Made by a program: the position numbers and the translations under genes. Under the pieces are notes generated by a model, which worked only from the letters and a program-made list of their open reading frames with translations, searched no databases and was not told the DNA's origin. A stretch of 43,916 nucleotides of DNA from Chiloscyllium plagiosum (Eukaryota): assembly GCF_004010195.1 (NCBI RefSeq), contig NC_057718.1:13865026-13908941 (forward strand), in the 5' to 3' direction. This document shows, piece by piece, positions 31,971 to 43,022 of the stretch. Positions within the stretch are counted from its first letter, which is position 1. Each line of letters opens with the position of its first letter.

Positions 31971-33951
31971 CTTATGCAGTTATTGATGAGATTGAAAGAT
32001 TCTTTTAATCAGTTAAGGGAATCAAGTATTATGGGAATAAGGCAGAAAAATGGAGATGAGAATTATCAGACCAGCCTTGACCTTATTGAATGGCAGGCCA
32101 GACTTGATGGGCAGAATGGCCTACTGCTGCTCCTATGTCTTATGGTCTTAATTGGTTTTCTAATTCTATTGGGATATTTGATTGTGTTCAAGGTGCTATA
32201 AAAGTGTGAGTTAATGTTGCAATCATTTCCTTAATCATGGATTTCATTATTTTCTTGATGATTGATGTCAGGCTAGCTGATACATTATTCCATTTTCTTT
32301 CTCTCATGTTTTTTCTCTCGCGCTCTCTCCAGAGCAGTTAATCTAGAGATTAACATTTGCCACCTTTCAGTCCATTGGGACTACTCTACGAATCTAGGGA
32401 ATTTTGGGAGATGCATCAGGAAAAAGTTTTGGTTAACTATACGGCATATGATTTATCAATTAAACCAGCTAAAACCGTGGAGACCCTCATACTGTCCTGT
32501 CACCCAAACCTGGAGACACAAGTGATCAAATATTGCTGAAGGGCAAGTACAGGTGAACAAATCAACCACGAAAAATGAATAAATGTTTATTAAATAATTT
32601 GGTGAAACATTATTGCAATTGTGTTTGAATATTGAATGGTTTTTAATACTTTAATACTGCGTGACATTAATAAAATATAAATAATCGTAAACAATCATTA
32701 AGAAATCCTAATGATTCCAGAACTCAAATTCATACCTTTAGTCCTTTAGGGCTCCAGTTCTGATATCAAACAAGTTCCAGGTTGTTCAGTTTTCCATCAT
32801 CTAACGAATGTTTCTTACATAAAAATCTCCAGGAAATTATTGTTACAACTGGTATAGAAAACGTACTATAAATTATCTCAAAAACTGGAAAGAAAATTTT
32901 CCAGAACTCAAGAGATTTATTAAAACATAAATATTCTGGCATTTAGATAATTGAAGTTTAAGGTTATTTGAGGTGTCTGATTTGCTGTGTCTCAATATGT
33001 GACTTCTGTCAAGATGCAGTCAGTTGTTAATGCTGACCTCCTCACCTGGAACAGACCACTAGTGGATATGCTAAGCATGGGTCAGAAACCGTTCTTTAAG
33101 ATGGGACTTGACATTGAGTTCTTGAGAGAAGAGGGAGTTGCTGTACACTGGGGAGGCAGTTGGTGGGGGAGTGGATAGGCACATCACTAGAGTTGGCCTA
33201 TACCATCATTGGTCCTGGTGCCCTGGAATTTGTTTAATGACCATGTATCATTAGAAAGGAACTTGCCAACTTTTATTTTCTGAAATTGAGCCATTTGACT
33301 CCCCAGAGATTAACAGTATTCTCAGTTGAAGGGGAGTGCCTGAGCGTTTTTATATGGGATATTGCCGACAGTCACCAAATTGCTATTAGAATTCCCTTTA
33401 ATGTGTTGTCAATCTCAGGGCAGGTATAGAGTGAAGTCTTGTCACTGTGGATCTGATATTGTAGCTTCTGTATCTAACTGCAGGAAGTTTCTTTTTCAAT
33501 TCTCTATCTGAAGGCAGGTCCTGGATGTTTATTTGCCATGCTGCAGCAAGGTGTGGTGACTTTTACTATCAGTGGGTTGAGATGACAAGCCTTGAGTCTA
33601 CCTCAGGCAGAATATTGGTCGAACCCCATATGGTTGGCACTGATCTGATCCAAACACTTGCCATCTAACAGGCCTTTCCCTGCAGGAAGCTACGGGGGGG
33701 TTAAAATGCGACTTTGGGATCAGCACAGAACAGGTAAAAATGTATTGGACACATGTTCACACCCTACTCCACATACAGACACATGTAAAACTGCATGCAG
33801 GCACTGAGACTGGGCAGGGGAAGGCCGGTAACATGAAATATAAACAAAAAAAACACTGGAAATACTCGGCCTGAAAATGTTCCTGCTCACAGACCCTTAA
33901 ACTTGGAGAAGCAGGCTTGCTGGAAAATAAGACTTGTTTCTTAAGATAGAA

Positions 33952-34200
33952 CAGGGACCTTGGTTCAATTCCACCCTCAGGCGACTGTCTGTGTGGTGTT
34001 TGCACATTCTCCCAGTGTTTGTGTGGGTTTTGTCTGATTTTTCCTCCCACAGTCCAAAGATGTGCAGGCCAGATGGATTGGCCATGGGAAATCCAAGTTT
34101 ACAGGGATTTATAGGTGGGTGGGCCTGGGTGGGATGTTCTTTGGAGGGTCAATGTCAGCTGAATGGCCTGCTTCCACACTGTAGGGATTCTATGATTCTA
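33952..34200 (+). mobile_element. HE1-like SINE (5'-truncated)
   Basis: GGTTCAATTCCACCCTCAGGCGACTGTCTGTGTGG...CACTGTAGGGATTCTATGATTCTA. Confidence 0.85.
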
Positions 34201-34669
34201 TTAAATGAAATTCATTTACTGGTAGCACCATTTCTTTACTAGTCTTAGTAACATCCCAATGGCATCTGATTTAGTGTGTTTGACATGTTTTGTCCTAGGG
34301 AGACATGGTTCCTTCTTTAAATGCCAAATTTTGTCCAACTTTTCAGGGAAGTATAGAAGTATAATTAAGAGCTTGATGTGGCAGAAGCTAAAGAAAATGT
34401 GTAGCTGAAATCTGTAATTTGGAAATTGCAGAAAATGCTGGAGATTCCATGTGGTTGCTTCTGTTGAAAGGACATTCCCAAAACATTAACTTATCTTTCA
34501 CTTTCAGGTGCTGATTAACCTGTGGTATTTTTTCTCCCTGGGGTTAATTAGCGACGGGTTCCCTCTTTGAATGATCTCAGAGGCTGTTAATGATTTGCCA
34601 GACACTTGCACTAAGATGCATAGACTTCACCTTCATTCCTTCAATTTGTACTGAACTAAATACAAAATT

Positions 34670-35020
34670 TGCATTTCTATAGCACCTTTCAGGACATCAG
34701 GATGCTGCAAAGTGTTTTACAGCCAAGGAAACGTAAGGTTGGAAGCAGGGCAGCTAACTTGAGCAAGCTCCCACAAAAAGCAATAATAATGACCACATAA
34801 TCTACTTCATTAATGTTGATTGAAGGACAACTCTCCTTTCAGATAGTGCCATGGGATCTTTAAATTCACCTGAGAGGTTACATGATTTAAAGTCTTATTT
34901 AAAAACTAACTTCCTTCACAGTGCAGTATTCTCTCAGTACAGCGCTGTCTCAGGTGTGGGGTTTGAACCCCAAACCTCTGACATCAGTCTAGAACTCAAC
35001 CCACTGAGCCTCAGCTGACA
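34670..35020 (-). mobile_element. SacSINE1/DeuSINE-like ancient SINE
   Basis: Reverse complement of the 27585-27985 type: gcatttctatagcacctttc...aaagtgttttacagcc; tRNA-like head gtttgaacccc...ccactgagcc. Confidence 0.6.
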
Positions 35021-35614
35021 TTAGCTGTTCTCCCTTGATCTAATATAAAACCCAGCAACCCTAAGCAAGGGGGTTTAAGGGATTACATTTTTCCTTGGTG
35101 GGCAATACTGCAATGGAAGTTGGACACTGCTCTATAGCTAAACTACCAACAGGAGTTTGCAACTTACCAATCCAGTGGTGCATAATTTTAGCTGTAAAGA
35201 CTAAGTTGCTTTGGAGCAGAAAGCTTGCTACATTATTGAGACAAGGTAGTACTAAGGAGCCTATGAGTTCAGGAAAAAGGTCTGAAGACAGCCCTCAATT
35301 CAGTCCAGCTGCAGTTTGTTACAGAGCTTTGTGGGCAGTGAAGCCAGAAACATGCAGAGCCAGCAAACTGGAAACACCTCACTTCCTCTTCTGTGTGTGT
35401 ATGAAATGACAACTAGACAGTCACAAAAATTCTAACACAAGAAAAGACCTAAGACCTCATGACTCATGTCATCAATACTAGAGTAAAAAGAATTGTGAGA
35501 AATAATTCTCTGCCTTGTGTTCTGAACTTTGGATCTACAAAATCTGATTTCTCTGTCTTTATATTTCTAGCCATGAGATTGTTTATTGAACCATCTGTCT
35601 TTGGCTTGTCTTAT

Positions 35615-35795
35615 TTGTGTGTGTGTGTATGTGCGCCTGTGTCTGTGTGTGTGTGTGCGTGTCTGTGCGTATTTGTGTGTGTGTGTCTGTGTGAGTGATG
35701 TGTGTGTATCTGTGAGTGATGTGTGTGTATTTGTGTGTATGTGTGTGTGTTTGTGTATTTGTGTGTCTATGTGCGTGTCTGTGGGTGTGTGTGTT
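35615..35795 (+). repeat. Imperfect (TG)n microsatellite
   Basis: About 180 bp of interrupted tgtg repeats. Confidence 0.95.
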
Positions 35796-35914
35796 GAAGT
35801 TTTTCTATAGGGCATTGTTTAAGACTCCAGTGATCTTTTTCTCTCACCACTTATTGAAGAATAACTTTGTTTATGATAAATGGAGTTATTTTCCTGTTAA
35901 CAACCAAACCTGGT

Positions 35915-36920
35915 GTGAAACTTGAAAGGGTTCAGAAAAGGTTTACAAGGATGTTGCCAGGGCTGGAGGGTTTGAGTTATAGGGAGAGGCTGAATAGGCT
36001 AGGGCTATTTTCCATGGAGCATTGGAGGCTGAGGGGTGATCTTATAGAGGTTTACAAAATCATAAGGGGCATGGATAGGGTCTTTTCCCCAGAGTAGTGG
36101 AATTCAAAACTAGAGGCATAGGTTTAAAGTGGGAGGGGAAAGATTTAAAAGGGACCTAAGGGATACGTTTTCACTCAGAGGGTGGTGCCTGTATGGAATG
36201 AGCTGCCAAAGGAAGTGGTAGAGGCCGGTACAATTACAATATTTAAAAGGCATCTAGATGGGTATGTGAATTGGAAGGGTTTAGAGGGATATAGGCCAAC
36301 TGCTGACAAATGAGACCAGATTAATTTAGGATATCTGGTGGGCATGGCTAAATGGGAGCAAAGGATCTGTTTCCGTGCTGTACAACTCTATCTGCACGAC
36401 TCTACTGTGAGCAGTTCTTTAAGGTAAAATAATTGTTTCATTGGAGGCATTTCAGCAGAAGTTCACTCAGATGATTCTCCAGTACAGAGGGATTGGAGAG
36501 GTTGGGATTCCACTCCTTGGAGTTTAGAAGGAGAGTTGATCTCATTAAAACATATCGGATTAATAAGGGGCCTGGCAGGGTAAATACTGAGAAAACATTT
36601 CCTTTCATGGGAGAATCTAGGACCAGAGGGCATAGTCTAAGAATAAAGGGATGCCAATTTAAGACAGAGACAAGGAGGAATTTCTTCTCTCGGGGGTTGA
36701 GAGTCTTTGGAACTCCTTGCCACAGAGAACTGTGTGGGCAGAATCCTTGTGCATATTTAAGGCTGATACAGACAGATTCTTGATCATTAGGGGAATCAAA
36801 AGTTAAGCGGACAAGACAGTAAAATGGATGTGAGGAATGTTGGATCAGCCTTGGTTCTATTGAATGGCATAGCAGACTTGAAGGGCCGAATGGCCTACTC
36901 CTGTTCCTATTTCTTATGGA
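35915..36920 (+). mobile_element. Two tandem CR1 3' fragments (35915-36410 and 36445-36920)
   Basis: LERVQKRFTRMLPGL; ERLGFHSLEFRR...ESRTRGHSL; each ends in its own CR1 3'UTR. Confidence 0.88.
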
Positions 36921-37900
36921 ATTACTTCTGTCCTGAATAGCAGCTAGCATGGAAATTGATCATCTTGGTGGATTATTTAAGTAGGTCCATGTTTGTGATG
37001 GTTTGTGGAACATTGGGGTTCAATTGTCAGCACATTTATCCCAGCTGAGTGGTGGAAAACATAGTCATATCAGGGTCCCATTTCTAGCTGCTCCCTAGTG
37101 ACTGGTTAGTTCATTCCTTGTTAATTCCATGCCTGCAGCAAAGTGCATGTCTGTAATCATCAGGTGAAGGTGAGAAATTGGAAGTCAAGGGTCACCTCAC
37201 CTGTCACACGTCACTGTGGGAGCAGAGTAAGAATCAAAGGGACTGCACTGTCAATATGTAGGAGCAGGGTAGAAGGGTGTGGGAGTGGGGTGGGCATAAG
37301 AGATAAGATGGAAGAGGAGAAACACCAGATAAAACCAGAATGGTGTGTATATTATGTACCTTCTCTTCACTGCTAAGTTGTAGGCTATTGCAATATTTTG
37401 GAGACAGCAGTTTTTACTCCATATCTTTTCAGACCAGCATTGGGTGAATTACACTGCAGAACTAGCCTGATAAATATATCAGCTGTTTAGTCATGCTTTC
37501 GTAATGTGAAATCTATGTTGGAAATTATGAAATTGTTCTCAATTTTTTTGACCTTTTGCTGACACGCTGAATCACTCAAATAGTTGCCTCAAAACCAATT
37601 GTGGAAAAGGGGATGTTGGCTGAGAACGCAGCTGACTGCAGTGCTCCCTGTGATCCTCAGTATCTGCTCCGTTCAACTCTTAGTGATGCAGGTGAAAGAT
37701 GAGGAGAGAAACCGACAATGCACTATCTTGGATTCCTCCATTTCAGTTGATCAGAAATAAAAGAACAGCATTTGATGTTGTTTCTCATAACAAAAAGGTC
37801 TTGAATGTTCTTTCAGCCAGTTTGGCATCTTTGATTCTTGGCTAAGGCTCAGCAAATGACACTGCCTTTGGTTTGTTTCCCATAGACAAGGCTCCAGTCA

Positions 37901-37966
37901 TTATATTGATTTAATCTCCTCTTTGATCTGTCCAATCAGCATTCGAGACAGCACAATCCCTCCGAT
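37901..37966 (-). CDS. TSPAN33: Tetraspanin-33-like last coding exon (end of TM4, short cytoplasmic tail, stop)
   Basis: cattgcag|ATCGGAGGG...TCAATA TAA TGA; IGGIVLSRMLIGQIKEEIKSI*, in frame with the previous exon and similar to TSPAN33 LVGILLSQILVNQIKDQIK. Too short to appear in the ORF track. Confidence 0.88.
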   Translation of the reverse strand: MGGIVLSRMLIGQIKEEIKSI

Positions 37967-38189
37967 CTGCAATGACAGATCAGAGAAGTACTTAATTTCC
38001 TGAAAAAAATACAATTTCAGCAACTTCACCTATTGATCCCAAGCCTGACACATGCTCATTGCTGCAACTAAGTCACCTCAATGCATTTTAAGGTTACATG
38101 TAGGTCTCCCTTGTTGTCTTTACTGAGTCGTTAAGCCTGGCCCTGCATACAGGGGAGGAGGTCCTGGGGCTTTAGGAACGTCCCCTAGA

Positions 38190-38640
38190 ATTGGAAGGTT
38201 CTATAGATTTCCAATTTTTTTGAGATGCGTGAGTTTCCTGAGGATGTGAGGGTCTTTGGTGTGGGGTGGAGGGGGCTGGGGGTATGAGAGTTTCCTGGAG
38301 GTGTGAGAGTTTCCGGGAGATGTGAGACTTTCTGTGGGGTTCAACGTTTCCTGGATGAAAGAGGGGTCTGAGAATTCCTGAGCGATAGTTTCCTGTAAGT
38401 TCAACATGTCCTAAAAGCTGTAGGCATTTACGAGGGGTCTGGGGCTTTCTGAGGGGACCACAGGATTTCAAAGGATTTGTAGTTTCCTGGGGCTTCAGGA
38501 GGTTCGTGGAGATTGAATATTATTTGAGGATATGAACACTTGCTTAAAGCATAAGAGATTCGTGGGAATTTGATAGTTTTCTGGGATTTAATGGTTTGAC
38601 AAGGGATGCAAAGTATCCTGGTTACTCATATCCTCCTGGT
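38190..38640 (+). repeat. Degenerate 19-bp minisatellite in the last tetraspanin intron
   Basis: gagtttcctgaggatgtga (38231), gagtttcctggaggtgtga (38288), gagtttccgggagatgtga (38307), gactttctgtggggttcaa (38326); offsets are multiples of 19. Confidence 0.7.
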
Positions 38641-38739
38641 GTTAGAAAGCTCACTGGGTTTGGAGGCTGGGGAATTGCCATAGTGAACATATACATATAT
38701 TATATTCCATCAAGGGAGGTTCATTGGGCTGACACCTGA

Positions 38740-39180
38740 AAATGCCAGGACTGTGTTATGAAGAGCGATTGGTTGGAATGGACCTTCACCAGAGTTTCGA
38801 AGGATGAGAGGAAATCTGATAGAAAAGTAGAAAGTTTTAACAGACTAGATCTAGGAAGGAGTTTTCCCAGGTTGGGGAGTCTAGAACCAGGGGTCACAGT
38901 GCCAGGATATGAAGTAGACTATTTTGGACTGAAATGAGGAAAACGTTCAGCACTTCAATGGGTGGTGAGTCTCTACAATTCTCTCCCACAGTAAAGCTAT
39001 GGAGGCAAAGTCACTGAATATATTTAAGGAAAAGATTGATAATTGTTTTAGATATTAAAGGCATCAAAGGGTGTGGGAAGGAAGCGGGATAGAGATAGAG
39101 AATCAGCCATGATCATATTGAAAAGCAGAGCAGGCTCAAAGAGACAAATGACCTACTCTTGCTCCTAGTTTTCTATGAGT
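38740..39180 (+). mobile_element. CR1 3' fragment
   Basis: MPGLCYEERL..., ESRTRGHS, CR1 3'UTR cagccatgatcatattgaa...cctactcttgctcctagt. Confidence 0.8.
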
Positions 39181-39463
39181 TGTGCTGTTTCCTTCCTGCT
39201 GGTTCCAGCTGTTGTAATAACTGGTCTCTTTATGCTCTCTCCCATCATTCCTCCCCTCCTCCCCTTCCCCCCCCCCCACCCCTACCAGCAGCCCAGCCTA
39301 GTCTGAACACAAATACTTCAATCAGTCTCTGAGATATTTGCTGTTTGTACCTGCACGAATCATGGCTCAAGCAGAGACGGAGAAATATAGGCACAGGCAG
39401 CTGGATACATACAGATACATGCACCTATATATGAATGGTCCTATCCATACTAAGAGTGCCTAC

Positions 39464-39625
39464 CTGTGGCAGTGCCAGCCCAAGCACAATGCCTCCCACC
39501 AGCAGCAGATGACTCTCTATCCAGATCGCTGCCTTGTCAGCACAGCCCACCGGGTGCAGGAATTTAGAGGCTTCCAGTTGGTTTAGCGATTGTTTCCCAA
39601 AACCGCACATTGTATTGATCACTGA
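39464..39625 (-). CDS. TSPAN33: Tetraspanin-33-like penultimate coding exon (end of large loop, start of TM4)
   Basis: ttcag|TCAGTGATC...CCACAG|gtaggc; 162 nt, phase 0. Encodes SVINTMCGFGKQSLNQLEASKFLHPVGCADKAAIWIESHLLLVGGIVLGLALPQ, matching the TSPAN33 pattern VINTMCG...LEASK...GC.DK...LLGG..LGLA.PQ. Confidence 0.93.
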
Positions 39626-40446
39626 CTGAAGGCAAAGGGAGATGATGAGGAACAAATAAAGTAGGTGGTAGTCATTTGCACAGTGGCGTGCCTTAGGGAC
39701 CCCAGCCAGAGAATGAGGGTAAGAGGGCAGATTTCCCAGCAGGCATTGCTAACCTCAGGTACACTTGAACAGGTTAATGTCTATAAGACTGGAGCTGACA
39801 TTGGAAAAATGCCATTCTCATGCATGTAGTATTTCAATCCACTGGTCACTTTGGATTTACAAAGTCAGAATCATCAAAACTGCAGAAATAAACTTTTATC
39901 CAATTCAAGCACCTAACATCTAAATCAAGTCCAGTGTAAAAGCAAAACATGTTCCTTTGGCACAGTGGTAGTGTCCCACTTGCTCCAGAGAGTGTGTCAT
40001 AACAATTATGATGTTTTGATTAAAAATATACAAAAGCAAAACTGTGATTGCTGGCAAGCTGAAACAGAAAAAGCCACAAGCAATTAGTGGGTCACACAAT
40101 ATCTGTGGACAGCAACAGAGTTAACATTTCAGTCTAAGACCTATCAACAGAATAATTCTTTCAACTTGTGCCTAGATAATAACGGAGGCAAAATAGGGCA
40201 GTCAGCCTCAAGAATCCAACCCCAGGAACACCCAGTACCTGGAAGATGGGTTTAAAACTTTTTTTTTAACAAAAACACTGCATATTTTCTTTACTTCTTC
40301 ATTTTTCTGCCTTTATATTTTGTGTTTTGTTTACTTTTCTGTGTTTTAAGATGGCGCCAGACAGTGACGACACCATTTTCACTGTATTTTGTAACAATAT
40401 ACACATGACAATAAATAAAGCAAATCCAATATTTCGAATGGCTTAC

Positions 40447-40575
40447 CTCACCAGGTATCAGTGTACAGCAGGAGTAAGGCACACCACAGCGTTCGGGGCT
40501 GGGATTGGTCGGGGTACAGTTGAAATACATGTTCTTTGACCAATCTTTGTAGCTGTTCCAACCACAGCATTGAAA
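40447..40575 (-). CDS. TSPAN33: Tetraspanin-33-like (TspanC8) internal coding exon, first half of the large extracellular loop
   Basis: Minus strand ttgcag|TTTCAATGC...GGTGAG|gtaagc; 129 nt, phase 0. Encodes FQCCGWNSYKDWSKNMYFNCTPTNPSPERCGVPYSCCTLIPGE with the CCG and PxSCC motifs, closely resembling vertebrate TSPAN33 (FSCCGGISYKDWSQNMYFNC...ERCSVPYSCC). Confidence 0.93.
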
Positions 40576-40744
40576 CTGCAAGAAGGTAAAGGAAGAAAGA
40601 TTTTACAGGGTGTCCATTATACTAAGATCATCATTAACACTATCTTAATAAACGTTTCTTTGTGAATATATTATAAATATGTATCTATATTAAACAGACA
40701 TTGTAGAATCTGCAAGTTAAAAGCATTATAACATACAGGATTCT

Positions 40745-40956
40745 GGGTAATCCAAGATGGAGGACAGGAAAAATTTCTGGCTGCAACAGCTGCTTCTTTT
40801 TTTTGAGGTATTTTAGGTGCTGGAGGTGATTTCCTCGAATTCCAGGAGCAGCAATTATTGTTTTATATGCTGTTGCATTGTTTTGGAACTTTGGAAAAAA
40901 AAGTCAAAACAACAGCAGTTTTAAAAGGGAGAAGAACAGACAAAGGAGGTCATTGC

Positions 40957-40994
<38 letters not shown>

Positions 40995-41386
40995 ATGCAC
41001 ATGCACATGCACATGCACATGCACAGCTACTGCCTTTACTGTCTGAATTCATGTGTCGCTGGACATCGGAGTGTATCTGGGAAAATTAACAAACAGTGAA
41101 ATTCATAACTAATCTTGGAGGAACTGTTGGGCGAAGCTCACAGCACAGAATCAGATAAGTTAATCATTGTTTTAAATGTGGCCTACAGAGAATCTGCAGT
41201 AGTGAGTAGAGTGGGTTCTTACTTGATTATATGTTTTTGGAGATATGTCTCTTGATTAAACTTAAAATATAAGCCATAACTAGTAATTTAACCTGGGGCA
41301 ATGTTTGTAGAGGAATAAGATGGTGTTATTGTCTGGGTCTGTAGATTGTGATGGAACAAAAATGGCCTTTATATAGAGTGATTTGT
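40745..41386 (+). mobile_element. Probable 5'UTR of a CR1 LINE, truncated just after its ORF1 start
   Basis: Starts TCCAAGATGGAGG (YY1-like), contains (GA)n and (ACATGC)n, ends aaaATGGCCTTT..AGAGTGATTTGT resembling a CR1 ORF1 start (MA..VxC). Confidence 0.45.
40959..41024 (+). repeat. Compound microsatellite (GA)n followed by (ACATGC)n
   Basis: Direct reading of the sequence. Confidence 0.95.
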
Positions 41387-42057
41387 AGTGCGAGCAGCAG
41401 CGGAGGTAGGACGAACTCGGAAGACTGCAGATAAGGTAAGGCAGTTTTTATTAAAATTACTTACCGGTAGCGGGCAGCGGTGCTTTTCTCTTTCACAGAA
41501 GGAGAGGGAGCAGTGGAGGAAGTGATGGGGACCAGAGGGGTAGCCGGGAAGGTAAGCAGTGAGTATAAATACTCACCTTTCGACGCCAACGGCCATTTTA
41601 AGTGCGAGCAGCAGCTGGAAAGGAGCAGGAGCAGTGGAGGAAGTGACGTGGACCGGAGGGGCAGCCGGGAAGGAAAGCAGTGACCATATATATCAGCAAG
41701 GCGGCAAACCCGAGACTCTACTACTGTAGTGTCTCCCAACCGTCCTCCTCCTCTAACCTAGTTAATAAGTAGGAAGAGCGGGAGCAACGACCAGGGGACT
41801 GCCGGTAATATATCTGGGCAGTGGCTGAACCCGAGACACTACACGTGTTGTGTCTCCCACCACCCCCCCGAACCAAAAATAGGACCCTGGTTTGTTAAGG
41901 TAAGAATTTTCTATTTTTTTATCGGTGAATGGTTAAAAATTGACTTTTTATGGTTTATCTATTAATTGGTTTTTAGAAAAAGACTATAGCAGAGAGGTAT
42001 CAGAAAGTATTTTAACTCAAACCTATACAAAGTAATAAAGTAATTAACTAAGCAGAG

Positions 42058-43005
42058 ATGGCTGGGCAGGTGATGTGCTGTAGCTGTATGATGTGGGAGC
42101 TGACTGATCCCATTGTGAATGGCAGTGACCACATCTGCAGCAAGTGTTGGTTGCTGGAAGAACTCCCTCTCAGAGTTGATGATCTGGAATCTGAGCTTCA
42201 AACACTGCGGCACATCCGGGAGGGGGAGAGTTACCTGGACGCTTTGTTTCAGGAGGCAGTCACACCTGGGAGATTAAGTAATTCACATTCAGTTAGTGAT
42301 CAGGGACATCAGAGTGTGACTGTAATTGAGGCTGGCAGGGGGAACTTGAGTTCAGGAGTGCAGGAGCATCAGCCCTTGACCTTGTCCAACAGGTATGAGA
42401 TTCTTGCTCCTTGTACAGATGAGGAAAAGGGCTCTGGATAGGATGAGCCAGCTGACCACAGCACCATGGTGCAGAAGGCCATTCAAGAGGGGAGAGCAAA
42501 AAGACAAGTAGTTGTTATAGGGGATTCTATAATTAGAGGGACAGATAGTATCTTATGCAAGCCGGATCGGGAGTCTCGCATGGTGTATTGCCTGCCCGGT
42601 GCCAGGGTGCGGGACATCTCCAACTGGCTTGAAAGGATATTGGAGTGGGGGGTGGAGGATCCAGTTGTTGTGGTCCACGTTGGTACTAACAACATAGGTG
42701 GAGGACCTGTTTGGGGAATATCAAGCACTAGGAAGGAAATTGAAGTACAGGTCCTCAAGGGTCATAATCTCCGGACTACTGCCTGAGCCACGTGCCAATT
42801 GGCATAGGGATAAGAAAATTAGGGAAGTAAATACGTGGCTAAGGGATTGGTGTGGAAAGAGGGATTCCATTTCATGGGGCATTGGCGTCAGCTTTGGACC
42901 CGGGGGGATCTGTGCCGTTGGGACGGTCTCCACCTGAACCGATCAGGTACCAATGTTCTAGCGAAGAGGATAAATAGGGTGGTCAGTAGGACTTTAAACT
43001 TCTGA
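42058..43005 (+). pseudogene. CR1 ORF1p: zinc finger / leucine zipper plus SGNH esterase (one stop, two frameshifts)
   Basis: CCSCMMWE..ICSKC..LRVDDLESELQTL; VIGDSIIR, CLPGARV, VHVGTNNI, WDGLHLN. Confidence 0.9.
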
Positions 43006-43022
43006 GTTGGGAGGAAGGGAAA

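Noticed and set aside
35459..35925. Cys/Val-rich and His/Thr-rich ORFs
   Set aside because: These are translations of the (TG)n microsatellite.
40295..40430. Read-through coding extension of the tetraspanin exon (ORF 40291..40581)
   Set aside because: A strong GAG|gtaagc donor ends the exon at 40447. The downstream sequence looks like a + strand LINE 3' tail (ttttcactgta...atgacaataaa) and has no tetraspanin similarity.
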